DNA from: Candidatus Multivorans sp.
GTDB taxonomy: Bacteria > Acidobacteriota > Thermoanaerobaculia > Multivoradales > Multivoraceae
Assembly (NCBI GenBank): GCA_965224025.1
Contig: OZ245033.1
Location: 4,416,001-4,480,000 of the forward strand
DNA length: 64,000 nt
Direction: 5' to 3'
The notes below the pieces were generated by a model that was given only the letters and a program-made list of their open reading frames with translations, did not search any database and had not been told where the DNA came from. Both the position numbers and the translations under genes were made by a program. This document shows, piece after piece, positions 21,780-32,625 of this stretch. Every line of letters starts with the position of its first letter. Position 1 is the stretch's first letter.

Positions 21780-23315
21780 CGCGCCTTCTGCCGCCCGCGC
21801 CGCCGTTCGATGCGGTGACCTACCGGGCGCGCACCTACCGAATCCGCGCAGACCGTTTTCTTCGGCGCTCTGCCGGACCATCGGCCTTCTCTCTGGCTCC
21901 GAAGTCACCTTCACGTTGTAGTAGACGGGAACCGGTTCACCGTTCAATGTAGCCGGCTCGAACTCCCACCGCTTTATCGCAAACAGGGCAGCTTCGACGA
22001 AGTCCGATGCCTGGACACTCAGAACCTTGGCGTCTTCGACCTTGCCCTCCGTATTGATGACGGCCTGTATGACGACCGTTCCATGAGCTGAACTCGGATA
22101 GACGACCTTTGGAGCCTTGATCTTCTTGGGCGCGACGACTTTCGACGCCGACTGCGTTCCCGGCTCGGCTCCGCCGGCATCGGGCCGGGCTTCGCCCTCC
22201 TGTTCCGAATCAGCGGGCGCGCCCTGAGCCTCAGGCTCAGCCTGTGTTTCCTCAGCCTCTTCCTTCGCAGCCTCCAGCGCCTGCCGCGCCGCGTCGACAC
22301 GGTTCTGACCGCCGTACCAGCTCGCGAGCCAGTCCTTGCCGTCTTCGGCCTTGCCTTGCTCTTCGCGGTGGCGGGCGCCGCGGAGCATGAGCGTCATCGC
22401 GCGGTTGCCTTCGTGGCAGGCGTATTCAAGGACGGGGTCGTCGCTGCGGCGCATCTCGAGAGCGCTCGTCCAGGGCGCTTCGTAAGACTCGGGGTCGTTG
22501 ACGGTGTACTCGTAGAGCAGGGTGTCGGGGCCCGTGCGGGTGAAGCGCTCGGTCAGCACGAGGTTGGGCCCGGTGCCGCGGTACGCGGTGTGCTCGGTGT
22601 AGTTCTTCGTCGTCACGACGAAGGTGCCGCCTTCCCAGACGCCCGACGAGTCACCCTTCCAGAAGCGCATGCTGTCGTCGGCGTGCTCGGGGCCGTCGGT
22701 GGGGATCACCCGGTGGTCGTTGATCATCTCGGTCATGATCGCGACGTAGCCCGGCGACTGGAAGATCTCCATCATGTTGTTGTAGGCGCCCGGGGTCATC
22801 GGCGGGCCGGCGTTGAAGCCGATGATGCAGCGCTCGTAGGTGTTCCGCTCTTCCGGGCCGGCCGGGGCTTGGCCCCAGAGCGCGTAGCGCTCGTTCGACC
22901 GGCGCCGGGCATCATCAGTGAGCGCGGGCAGGCGGCCGTTCGGCGGATCGATGACCAGGGATGTCCGCATGGTGCCGGAGACCTTGTCGCCCAGGTCGAG
23001 CCAGAAGGAGTTGTAGCCCACGTCGACGTCGCCCTGGCTGGGGTCGACATCGCCGCCTCCCTGCGCCGCGCGCGCGGCGCGTTCCTCCTTGCGCCGCTGC
23101 TCCCAAACCGCCGCCTCTTCGGCGGTCAACGTCGCCTTGTCGCCGAAGGCGGCGGGCCGCTCGAGCGGCGTGATCGAGCGGAAGTCCCAGGTGCCCTGGA
23201 GATCGGGTACGCCCCAGGAGGTCTTGAGTTCCGCGTCTTCGGCGGCTGCCGCGCCGGCAAGGGCGACGGCGGCGACAACGCAGAGGACGGTGGTGGCAAA
23301 CAGTCGGTGCTTCAT
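21768..23315 (-). CDS. Exported PDLxGxW-family hypothetical protein fused to a C-terminal TonB_C-like domain
   Basis: Signal peptide, TSWGVPDLQGTWD...TPLERP, RTSLVIDPPNGRLP, ERC, ERFTR, EYACHEGN. Then GTVVIQAVINTEGKV...AIKRWEFEPATLNGEPVPV. Confidence 0.75.
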   Translation of the reverse strand: MKHRLFATTVLCVVAAVALAGAAAAEDAELKTSWGVPDLQGTWDFRSITPLERPAAFGDKATLTAEEAAVWEQRRKEERAARAAQGGGDVDPSQGDVDVGYNSFWLDLGDKVSGTMRTSLVIDPPNGRLPALTDDARRRSNERYALWGQAPAGPEERNTYERCIIGFNAGPPMTPGAYNNMMEIFQSPGYVAIMTEMINDHRVIPTDGPEHADDSMRFWKGDSSGVWEGGTFVVTTKNYTEHTAYRGTGPNLVLTERFTRTGPDTLLYEYTVNDPESYEAPWTSALEMRRSDDPVLEYACHEGNRAMTLMLRGARHREEQGKAEDGKDWLASWYGGQNRVDAARQALEAAKEEAEETQAEPEAQGAPADSEQEGEARPDAGGAEPGTQSASKVVAPKKIKAPKVVYPSSAHGTVVIQAVINTEGKVEDAKVLSVQASDFVEAALFAIKRWEFEPATLNGEPVPVYYNVKVTSEPERRPMVRQSAEENGLRGFGRCAPGRSPHRTAARAAEGALWK

Positions 23316-23359
23316 TCCTTCGACTCCTTCCGGTTTCTTCAGGCTGCGCCCTGCCGGTC

Positions 23360-24172
23360 CTACTCCGGTGTCGCGCCACGGCGCAGATGGCCGTAGGCCG
23401 CGTCCTCTCCCCCGAGGGGAATGCACTTGAACTCGAGCAGCCGCGCGTTCTCCTCAAGGCGCCGGTAGAGCGGCATGCTGATGGTCCAGGGTTCGGTGAA
23501 CACTTGTGGGTCCGTGATCGTGGCCTCGTAGCGCATCCAATTCGGGCCGGTCGGCGTAAACCGTTCCTCCACGACGAGCTCCTCGCTGTGGAAGTTGCCC
23601 GAGGCGTCGAACCAGGTGTCGACCATCTGATCCGTCACCTCGACCACCAGCGTGTCACCCTCGAAGCGGCCGAGCGAGTAGCCCATCCAGGACGGCAGCT
23701 CCGCCCTCGTGCCGGGCCGGTCGAGACGGACTGCCCGGCTGTTGCCTCCCCATTCGTAGGCGAAGAAAACCGCCTTCGGTGTCTGCACGATCTGGAACGG
23801 CAGCGGCATGTAGTTGGCGCGCGGAATGCCCGGTATGAAGCACTTCGCCGCCGGGTCCAGGTTCAACCAGTCGGCGCGGTTCGCGTTGCGCTGCTCCAGC
23901 GCCCAGTCCTGGTACGGGATGCTGCCGCCCTCGACCACGCTCAGCCCTGCCGGAATCGCTCCGAGAGCTCCGTACTCCGGCACCGGAGTACGCCGCGCGC
24001 GGTGACCCTCCAGGTCCCAGTGGGCGCTGTTCATCGTTTGCCAGATGCCGTTCAGATCCGGATCGCCGTCCGGCGTCCGCGGCCCTTCGTAGGCGCCGTC
24101 CTGTGCCTGCGTAGCCGCAGCCACAGCCATGAGCATCGCCGGCAGCGACACGGCCAGACTGTGCTTTTTCAT
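23360..24172 (-). CDS. Exported PDLxGxW-family hypothetical protein
   Basis: Signal peptide, PRTPDGDPDLNGIWQ, DP.AKC..PG.PR, MGYSLGRFEGDTLVV, ERFT, LEFKC. Confidence 0.8.
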   Translation of the reverse strand: MKKHSLAVSLPAMLMAVAAATQAQDGAYEGPRTPDGDPDLNGIWQTMNSAHWDLEGHRARRTPVPEYGALGAIPAGLSVVEGGSIPYQDWALEQRNANRADWLNLDPAAKCFIPGIPRANYMPLPFQIVQTPKAVFFAYEWGGNSRAVRLDRPGTRAELPSWMGYSLGRFEGDTLVVEVTDQMVDTWFDASGNFHSEELVVEERFTPTGPNWMRYEATITDPQVFTEPWTISMPLYRRLEENARLLEFKCIPLGGEDAAYGHLRRGATPE

Positions 24173-24274
24173 GGCCGGGAACTATAGCGAAGCGGCTGCT
24201 TTGCCGGGCAGCTACGGCAGGCGGAACACGAACAGACCGTTGCCGCCGCTGGGATACCTGATCTCCGGACTGAC

Positions 24275-24490
24275 ATGTCCAAGGCCCGGACATTGCTCGG
24301 CTACCGGGACGTGGTCGACCCGGAAACCGCGACCCGCGTCACCGCCCGCCACCTTGCCGCCAATCCGCCGGACGAGAAGGATCTCTACGCCGCCGGTACC
24401 GGACGCTTCGACTACGAGCGCGAGGACCGCATCGTCGAGCGCTGGCGGCAGGCGCAGGCGCTGATGACGGCAGACTCAAGAGTTGGCTGA
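24275..24490 (+). pseudogene. Probable C-terminal fragment of an extended-SDR/epimerase-like protein
   Basis: DMSKARTLLGYRDVVDP...FDYEREDRI resembles the end of NAD-dependent epimerases. N-terminus absent. Confidence 0.4.
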
Positions 24491-24512
24491 TACCCTCGCA
24501 ACCACCGAACCC

Positions 24513-24585
24513 AACCCGGGTGACGCGTCTCGCGACACACGCGAACCAGTCCGAGCGCTCGTCGTCAGGCGCACGGATGGAACAC
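24513..24585. repeat. Two-hairpin non-coding element, degenerate copy
   Basis: Gapless 58/73 match to 27751-27823. Confidence 0.65.
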
Positions 24586-24610
24586 GTAGGAGTCGTCGAC
24601 GATCAGACGG

Positions 24611-24770
24611 ATGATGATCGTTCTTGCTCTAGCCGTTGTCCTGCTCGCGGCCTGCGCTCCAGACGCGGAAGACTCGGCAATGCCGCGCACGCCGTCGGGC
24701 CACCCTGACCTGCAGGGGCTGTGGACGAACACCACCCTGACGCCCTTTGAACGGCCCGTCGAACTGGGCG
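24611..24770 (+). pseudogene. 5' fragment of a PDLxGxW-family lipoprotein
   Basis: Lipobox LAAC, then MPRTPSGHPDLQGLWTNTTLTPFERP. Similarity is lost after about 24770. Confidence 0.65.
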
Positions 24771-24924
24771 GTCACCAACACGCTGAGCGGCGCTCGCCAC
24801 CTGGAGAGGACGGGCGCGGCCACTGGTCCGTAGCGCCGTTCGCTACGACATCACTCGCCCCAAGACCGGCGAACCAACGCACGCAACGCGGCGGCGACTC
24901 GTCTCCGCGTCGAGGGACCACACG

Positions 24925-26001
24925 ATGAGTTTCGACACGATGAGTTTTGACGCTGGCCGCTTCCCCGTTCCCGTCCGCGAGGACATGGCCACCGCACTGC
25001 GCAGGTCGTGGGCCGACATCGGCCGCCCCGGCACCTGGTGGACCGGTCCCGAACGTGTCGCCATCGCGGCTCTCGCCCGTGCCGAGCGCCTTCAGCGCAC
25101 CGAGCCGCCCTGGCGCCGCGACCATTCGCAGCCGCTGCCGCCCCCCCTGCCCGGGAAGGCGGTCGAAGCGGCGCGCAAGATCGGCGCAGATCCGACCCAC
25201 CTCGACCGCGATTGGGCCGAAGGCACGATCGCCGAGCTCGGCGACGCACCGTACGTCGAACTCGCCTCGGTCGTCGTGACGACGGTCGCCGTCGACGCAT
25301 TCTGTGAAGCGATGGGGATAGAGCACGAGGCGCTGCCCGAACCCGAGACCGGCGAGCCGACCCGCGAACGGCCGGACGGCATGGGCGACATCGGCGCCTG
25401 GGTACCCGTCCAGGTGGTCGACTGGAACCGCGCCAACGTGGCCCGCGCACTGAGCCTGGTGCCGGAAGGCGTGCGCACCTTCTTCCGCATGGTGGTCGCC
25501 ATGTACGCGGGCACGGTCACCGACTTCGAGAAAATGGTCTGGGACCACCGGCCCCTCGCCCGCCCCCAGGTCGAGCTGATCGCGGCCAGGGTTTCGGCTC
25601 TCAACCAGTGCTTCTACTGAACGACCGCCCACACCATGCTGCTCCGGGCGAGCAGCGACGCAGTTGGAGCGGAAGTCGACCTGAGCGCGACGGTGGAGGA
25701 CGCCGCCGACGGCGGCGTCGAGCATGGCGAGCTGCTGACCGCGTTCGCCGAAGCCGTGGTGCGGGCCACGGACGACCTGGACGATGCGCGCGCCCGCGCG
25801 TTAGAGACTCTGGGCCCAGCGAAGTTCGTCGAGGCTGCCGCCACGGTCGGTATCTTCAACGGCCTCGTCCGCGTCGCGGACTCGACCGGCATCCCCAGCG
25901 ACGCGAACACCCTGGAGCGCACCGCCGACGTCCGCGATGAACTCGGCTTCAACCGCTGGGGCGGCGCGAAGTCGTCCGGCGTCGCCGAGGCGCCGGCGTA
26001 G
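24925..26001 (+). CDS. AhpD/carboxymuconolactone-decarboxylase-like (alkylhydroperoxidase-related) selenoprotein; TGA 25618-25620 read as Sec
   Basis: L.RPQVELIAARVSALNQCFY-TGA-TTAH gives CxxU at the AhpD CxxC..H position. ORFs 24925..25620 and 25636..26001 are in frame, with a SECIS-like hairpin at 25638-25656. Confidence 0.8.
25638..25656 (+). promoter_or_regulatory. Putative bacterial SECIS element
   Basis: GCTGCTC-CGGGC-GAGCAGC: perfect 7-bp stem starting 17 nt after the UGA, with G at loop position 2. Confidence 0.7.
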
Positions 26002-26149
26002 CCGGCTACTGCGGCGGCGCGGCACTCCGAGAAGCGACTCGGCCCCGCCAAGAAGACGCAGACACTCCGCTCCCTGCCTACTGCGCCTCCGCGAGGCACG
26101 CCTCCGGGAACGCGGACAGGTCCGCGAACGCGTCCGGCTCGCCGGGCGC

Positions 26150-26370
26150 CTTCGCGTCGGCGCAACGACGGTGGCGCCGAACGTCACGGAGGCCGACGCG
26201 CTTGCACTGTCCGAGCATGTGTAGGTGATCGTGTAGTTCGTGTCGCTCGTGACAGTCGGAAGAGTCCCGCTTGCCACGCGCGTTGAAGGTGTGAACGCGA
26301 TACCAGGCGGTTGCCCCGACAAACTGTAGCTGTAGGGAGCCGTACCTCCCGTTGCCTCCGGGAACAACGT
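26150..26370 (-). pseudogene. Fragment of a putative Ig (He_PIG-like) surface-protein domain
   Basis: FPEATGGTAPYSYSLSGQPPGIAFTPSTRVASGTLP...YTITYTCSDS. Cut off by the IS256 fragment. Confidence 0.6.
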
Positions 26371-26386
26371 GTTGACAGCGCCGCCT

Positions 26387-26632
26387 GGTCGAGGACGGCG
26401 TGCGCGAGTCCACTCAGAGCTGGCGCGAAGTGCTGCTGGACCTGAGCGCCGCGGCCTGGCGGAGGCGCCGAAGCTGGCGGTGGGCGACGGCGCGATGGGC
26501 TTCCGGAGGGCGCTCGAGGAGGTCTACGGCGGCGCCCGGGAGCAGCGGTGCTGGGTGCACAAGACGAGGAATGTGCTGAACTACCTGCCGAAGTCGTCCC
26601 AAGCGAAGGCGAAGCAGGCCCTGCACGAGATC
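26387..26632 (+). mobile_element. IS256 family transposase internal fragment
   Basis: EDGVRESTQSWREVLLDL / RRGLAEAPKLAVGDGAMGF..ALEEVY....EQRCWVHKTRNVLNYLPKS. Frameshifted and lacking both ends. Confidence 0.85.
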
Positions 26633-26649
26633 GCCACCGCACCTCCCGC

Positions 26650-27709
26650 CGGCGATAGTTGCGTCCGATCCGGTACCCGAGAAACTCGATCGGCTCCTCC
26701 GGCACCAGGCAGCATCGGGTCTTCTCGGCATTGATCGGCAGCTTCAGACGACCCATCAGCCACTCGACCGCCGCCAGCATCGAAGCTGACGGCGCTCTGC
26801 CGAGCACGACAAAGTCGTCCGCGTAGTTGACGATCTCCGCGTCGAAGCGCCGGGCGAAGCCCAGCGACTTGAAGCCCAGGATGAAGCGCCGCATGTAGAT
26901 GTTGCTGAGAAGAGGCGAAATGGGAGCGCCCTGTGGCGTGCCCTTCCGCTCGCGACGCGCACGGTTCGTGCGGCGTTGGCCGCCCTTCCCGTCGTCCTCT
27001 ACTACCGCCATCTCCAGCCACGCCTTGACCCATCCAAGCATCCGGCCGTCGCTCACGCGACGGGCGATCGACTTGAGCAGCTCGGCGTGCGGTATCTGAC
27101 CGAAGTAGTCCGACAAGTCCGCGTCCACCACCTCGCGGCGGCCCTTGCTCACCAACGCATGCACCCGCTCGACCGCGGCCTGCGCGCTGCGCCCAGGCCG
27201 ACAGGCGTACTGCTCCGGTTCCAGGTCGGCCTCGAAGATCGGCGATAACACCAGCATCGCCGCCGTCTGGGCCACCCGGTCCCGCACGCAGGGGATCCCA
27301 ACGCCCGGTACTTCCCCTTCTGCTTCTTCGGGATCAGCACCTGCCGCGCCGCTTGCGGACGGTAAGCGCCTTCCCTCAAGTCCCGCGACAGTCCCCCAAG
27401 TCAACGCTCCACTCCGAACGACTCGATGTCCGCCACCGTCTCACCGTCCACGCCCGCAGTGCCGCCTTTGCGGCGAACCGCCTGCCAGGCCACGAACAGC
27501 ACGTCGGCGCGCCACGCCTTGTCCCTCGCGGGATTCCGGTTCAGCGCGTGCCACGCCACCGATGGGGCTTCCCGTGTTGCCTCCTTCTCCCTCTTGCATG
27601 CGTGCCGCCGCCACTACCCCGGCGGAACCGACCGGTGCTTCCGCCTGGAACGACAGTTGGCCGGGCGGGATTCGCACCCGCTGGGACAAGGCGCCTTACC
27701 ACGGCGCAC
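26650..27709 (-). mobile_element. ltrA: Decayed group II intron (5' end plus reverse transcriptase/maturase pseudogene)
   Basis: 5' GTGCG at 27709, intron-like CAACACGGGAAGCCC segment, RT motifs AGVDG, YRP...V.IPK, RxLGIP..RDRVAQ, VVDADLSDYF, GTPQGAPISPLLSNIY, YADD (26814-26825), FLGY. TGA at 27401-27403, frameshift near 27298, 3' part missing. Confidence 0.88.
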
Positions 27710-27750
27710 AGCGCAGTGAGCGCAAGCCCCCCGCCCTCCGACCAAGCGCG

Positions 27751-27823
27751 AACCCGGGTGGCGCGATCCGCGCCACCCGTGAACCAGTCCGTGCGCCCGT
27801 CAGCGCGCGCACGGATGGCACGC
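27751..27823. repeat. Two-hairpin non-coding element, intact copy
   Basis: CGGGTGGCGCG-ATC-CGCGCCACCCG, then TCCGTGCGC-N10-GCGCACGGA flanked by CCA/TGG. Confidence 0.65.
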
Positions 27824-27912
27824 CACCTGGGGTTGCCCCCCTCAGACCGCCGACCAGCCGGCGGATGTAGCCCATGCCCGCCGCCGCGCCGCCGCGCCGC
27901 CGCGCCGCCGGC

Positions 27913-28719
27913 TCAGGGGTACGGGTAGTCGAGGTCGAGGAACGGCAGAGCGCTGAGGACGCCCGGGGGGGCGACGGGCAGGGCGCGGTGGAGGTAGGAC
28001 TGGTCGAGCTGGTCCCAACTGGTGACGCCGAGGAGGCCGAGGCAGGTGACGATCTCGTGTTCGAGGATCTTGAGCATGCACACGACGCCGTCGCGGCCGC
28101 CGGCGGCCATGGCGATGCACTCGAGGCGGCCGACCGAGGGCGGGCGCCACCGCTTCAGGATGTCCCGTTCGCGCCGGCTGTAGACCTGGGTGTCGACCGT
28201 GAGGCAGAAGCCGTTGTAGCCCGCGCTCTGCGCCCGGCGGATCAATCCCCGCATCCAGTCTTCGTCGTCGGCGAGATAGAGTTGGTACACCTTGGCCGAG
28301 TCGGAGGCCTCCGCGGAGCCCTTGAGTCCGGGAAGACACACCGAACTGACGAAGTGCATGATCCCGAAGTCCTCGGCCGCCTTCGCGGCCGTGGCGCCGC
28401 CGCCTTCCTCGAACAACTGCAACGAGCCGATCGGCGCCAGGATCACGGGGATGCGGAGGTCATGTCCCAGTAGCGAGCCCCCGGGTTCGACTTCCGCGAC
28501 GTTGGTCAGCACGCGCGGCCGGAACGCGACCGAGTCGAGCGCCTGCCGGTTGCGCCTGACAGACGTCTCCGTCTCGGCGCCGCCGACCAGGTAGTCCCAG
28601 ACGTCCCGAGTCAGCTTCCGGCGCGCCGCCACGACCAGTTCGTGGAAGGTCAGAGCGCTCTTCGCGGCGGCCCCCGGTTCAAACGGGTCGTCGGTCAAGT
28701 ATCGTCGCGGGTCGGTCAC
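27913..28719 (-). pseudogene. FMN-dependent alpha-hydroxy acid oxidase/dehydrogenase with a large in-frame internal deletion
   Basis: WDYLVGGAETE...RNR.A....FRPRVL, PVILAPIG, YQLY, LTVD...SRRERD, then a jump to VGR...AMAAGG.DGV. Catalytic SNHGGRQ and DGG motifs are absent. Confidence 0.8.
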
Positions 28720-28800
28720 GGAATCGCTCTGTTCGCGGTTCGGCGGACCCTAACAGCACCCCGCCCGGCCGCAACGACACATGGAAACTACGCACCGCCC

Positions 28801-29166
28801 ATGATCGAGGTCGACCTGCCGCGGTTCGAGCGCCTGCTGAGCCGAGCCCTGGACACGCTGCCGCGGGCCTTCGCCGACCTGCTGGACAACATCGCGGTGG
28901 TGGTCGAGGAGGAACCGAACGAGGAGGACCTGCGCCTGGTCGGCCTGGACCCGGAAGAGGACGACCTGCTGGGGCTATACCACGGCGTACCGCTCGATGA
29001 ACGAGGCAGCGGCTACAGCTCCCTACCCGACCGGGTCGTGATATACCGTCTGCCGATCCTGTGGATTTGCGACACGGAGGAGGATGTCGTACGCGAGGTG
29101 CGCGACACCCTGGTCCACGAGTTGGGCCACCACTTCGGCCTGGGCGACGACGATATGCCGTACTAG
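28801..29166 (+). CDS. Zincin_1 family metallopeptidase
   Basis: LLGLYHGVPL, PDRVVIYR, TLVHELGHHFGL (HExxH). Confidence 0.9.
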   Translation: MIEVDLPRFERLLSRALDTLPRAFADLLDNIAVVVEEEPNEEDLRLVGLDPEEDDLLGLYHGVPLDERGSGYSSLPDRVVIYRLPILWICDTEEDVVREVRDTLVHELGHHFGLGDDDMPY

Positions 29167-29257
29167 AGCCCCGCCTGATGGCGGCTGGCCGGCCTTCGCC
29201 GTCTTCGTCGGCCCGGAAGATCAAGCGCCGTCGATAAGGCGCTGTCTGGAGCATGAT

Positions 29258-29308
29258 CTTTATGGAAATCGACTCAGATCTCGCCAACTTAAGCGAAATG
29301 GAATAAGA
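29258..29308. promoter_or_regulatory. Tandem HAIR-like operator candidates upstream of lon
   Basis: CTTTATG-N7-ACTCAGA and CTTAAGC-N7-AATAAGA, 30 bp apart in an AT-rich patch. HspR consensus is CTTGAGT-N7-ACTCAAG. Confidence 0.4.
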
Positions 29309-29378
29309 TCTCTCGCCAGCCCCGTTCCGTCGATCAACACGACCGGCAAACCGACCCGGACAGCGAGGCGACAACGAC

Positions 29379-32012
<2,634 letters not shown>

Positions 32013-32018
32013 CGCCTG

Positions 32019-32052
32019 CCCTGGGAACCCGGGCATCCTGCCCGCATCCGGC
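32019..32052. repeat. REP-like palindromic element, copy 2 (intergenic, after the lon stop)
   Basis: CCCTGGGAACCCGGGCATCCTGCCCGCATCCGGC: 4 differences from copy 1, including a compensatory G-C to A-T stem pair. Confidence 0.75.
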
Positions 32053-32075
32053 GCACAAGCGCCGCTCCGGGAGCC

Positions 32076-32405
32076 CTACGCCAGAGCCTGGTTCAGCGCC
32101 TCTTCATGGTAGCCCACGATCAGCGTGCTGCCGACGCGGACAATCGGCGCTCGCAGGTTGCCGGTAGGACCCAGCATCAGGTCGGCCGCGCCCTGATCGG
32201 ACGCAGGAAGCTCGGTCTGCTTGCGGCCCTTGGCCACGTAGAGCTTTTCCGCATTTGCCAGTAGCGCTTCAGCATCCGCCCGTCCCAGCTTCCGGCTCGC
32301 CGGGGTCCTGTCCGCAATCTCCGCGCCGCGTGCGTCCATCAACTTGGACGCTCTCTTGCAGCTCGTTCAGCCGTTGCGGTGGTAGTACCAGTCGACTCTG
32401 CTCAT
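32076..32405 (-). CDS. ArsC/glutaredoxin-like selenoprotein; TGA 32369-32367 read as Sec
   Basis: GGGAGG ribosome-binding site, ATG 32405, MSRVDWYYHRNG-TGA-TSCKRA (UxxC) in frame with ORF 32076..32342 (GPTGNLRAP...LIVGY). SECIS-like hairpin downstream. Confidence 0.85.
32332..32351 (-). promoter_or_regulatory. Putative bacterial SECIS element
   Basis: GCGTCCA-AGTTGA-TGGACGC: perfect 7-bp stem starting 15 nt after the UGA, with GU at loop positions 2-3. Confidence 0.72.
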
Positions 32406-32625
32406 GTTGCCTCCCTTTCGGGTTGGTCGAGGGGACAGTCTACGAAAACCGGGAGGCCGAGCGGATGGGACTGACCGTCAGCAACGAAGAGATGCAGGCG
32501 CAGCGAGACCGCCAGCATCGCGGCGGATGAGCCCAGGAAGGCACGGCGCGTCTGCCTCACCAGACGGAGCCTGGAGCCTGCGGCCGCTTTGGGCCTTCAG
32601 CCGCGTGTGGCATCCTCGTTCGTTC

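Noticed and set aside
24921-24951. Tandem CACGATGAGTTT(C/T)GA repeat at the selenoprotein start
   Set aside because: Only two 15-bp units duplicating the start codon region; not an array.
27401-27403. In-frame TGA in the RT as selenocysteine
   Set aside because: The position corresponds to Trp (GVERWL), not Cys, and the gene has other lesions.
26650-27530. Reverse transcriptase as a retron, DGR, CRISPR-RT or defence RT
   Set aside because: The RT-0 region, YADD, GTPQG and the upstream intron RNA identify a group II intron maturase. No TR/VR pair, msr-msd or array was seen, and the gene is broken.
27655-27690. tRNA-like stretch (GGGCGGGATTCGCACCCGC)
   Set aside because: No cloverleaf or CCA end; it lies just inside the GTGCG 5' end and belongs to group II intron domain I.
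32440-32530. SurA-like peptide REAERMGLTVSNEEMQ
   Set aside because: Too short and lacks a start; at most a tiny remnant.
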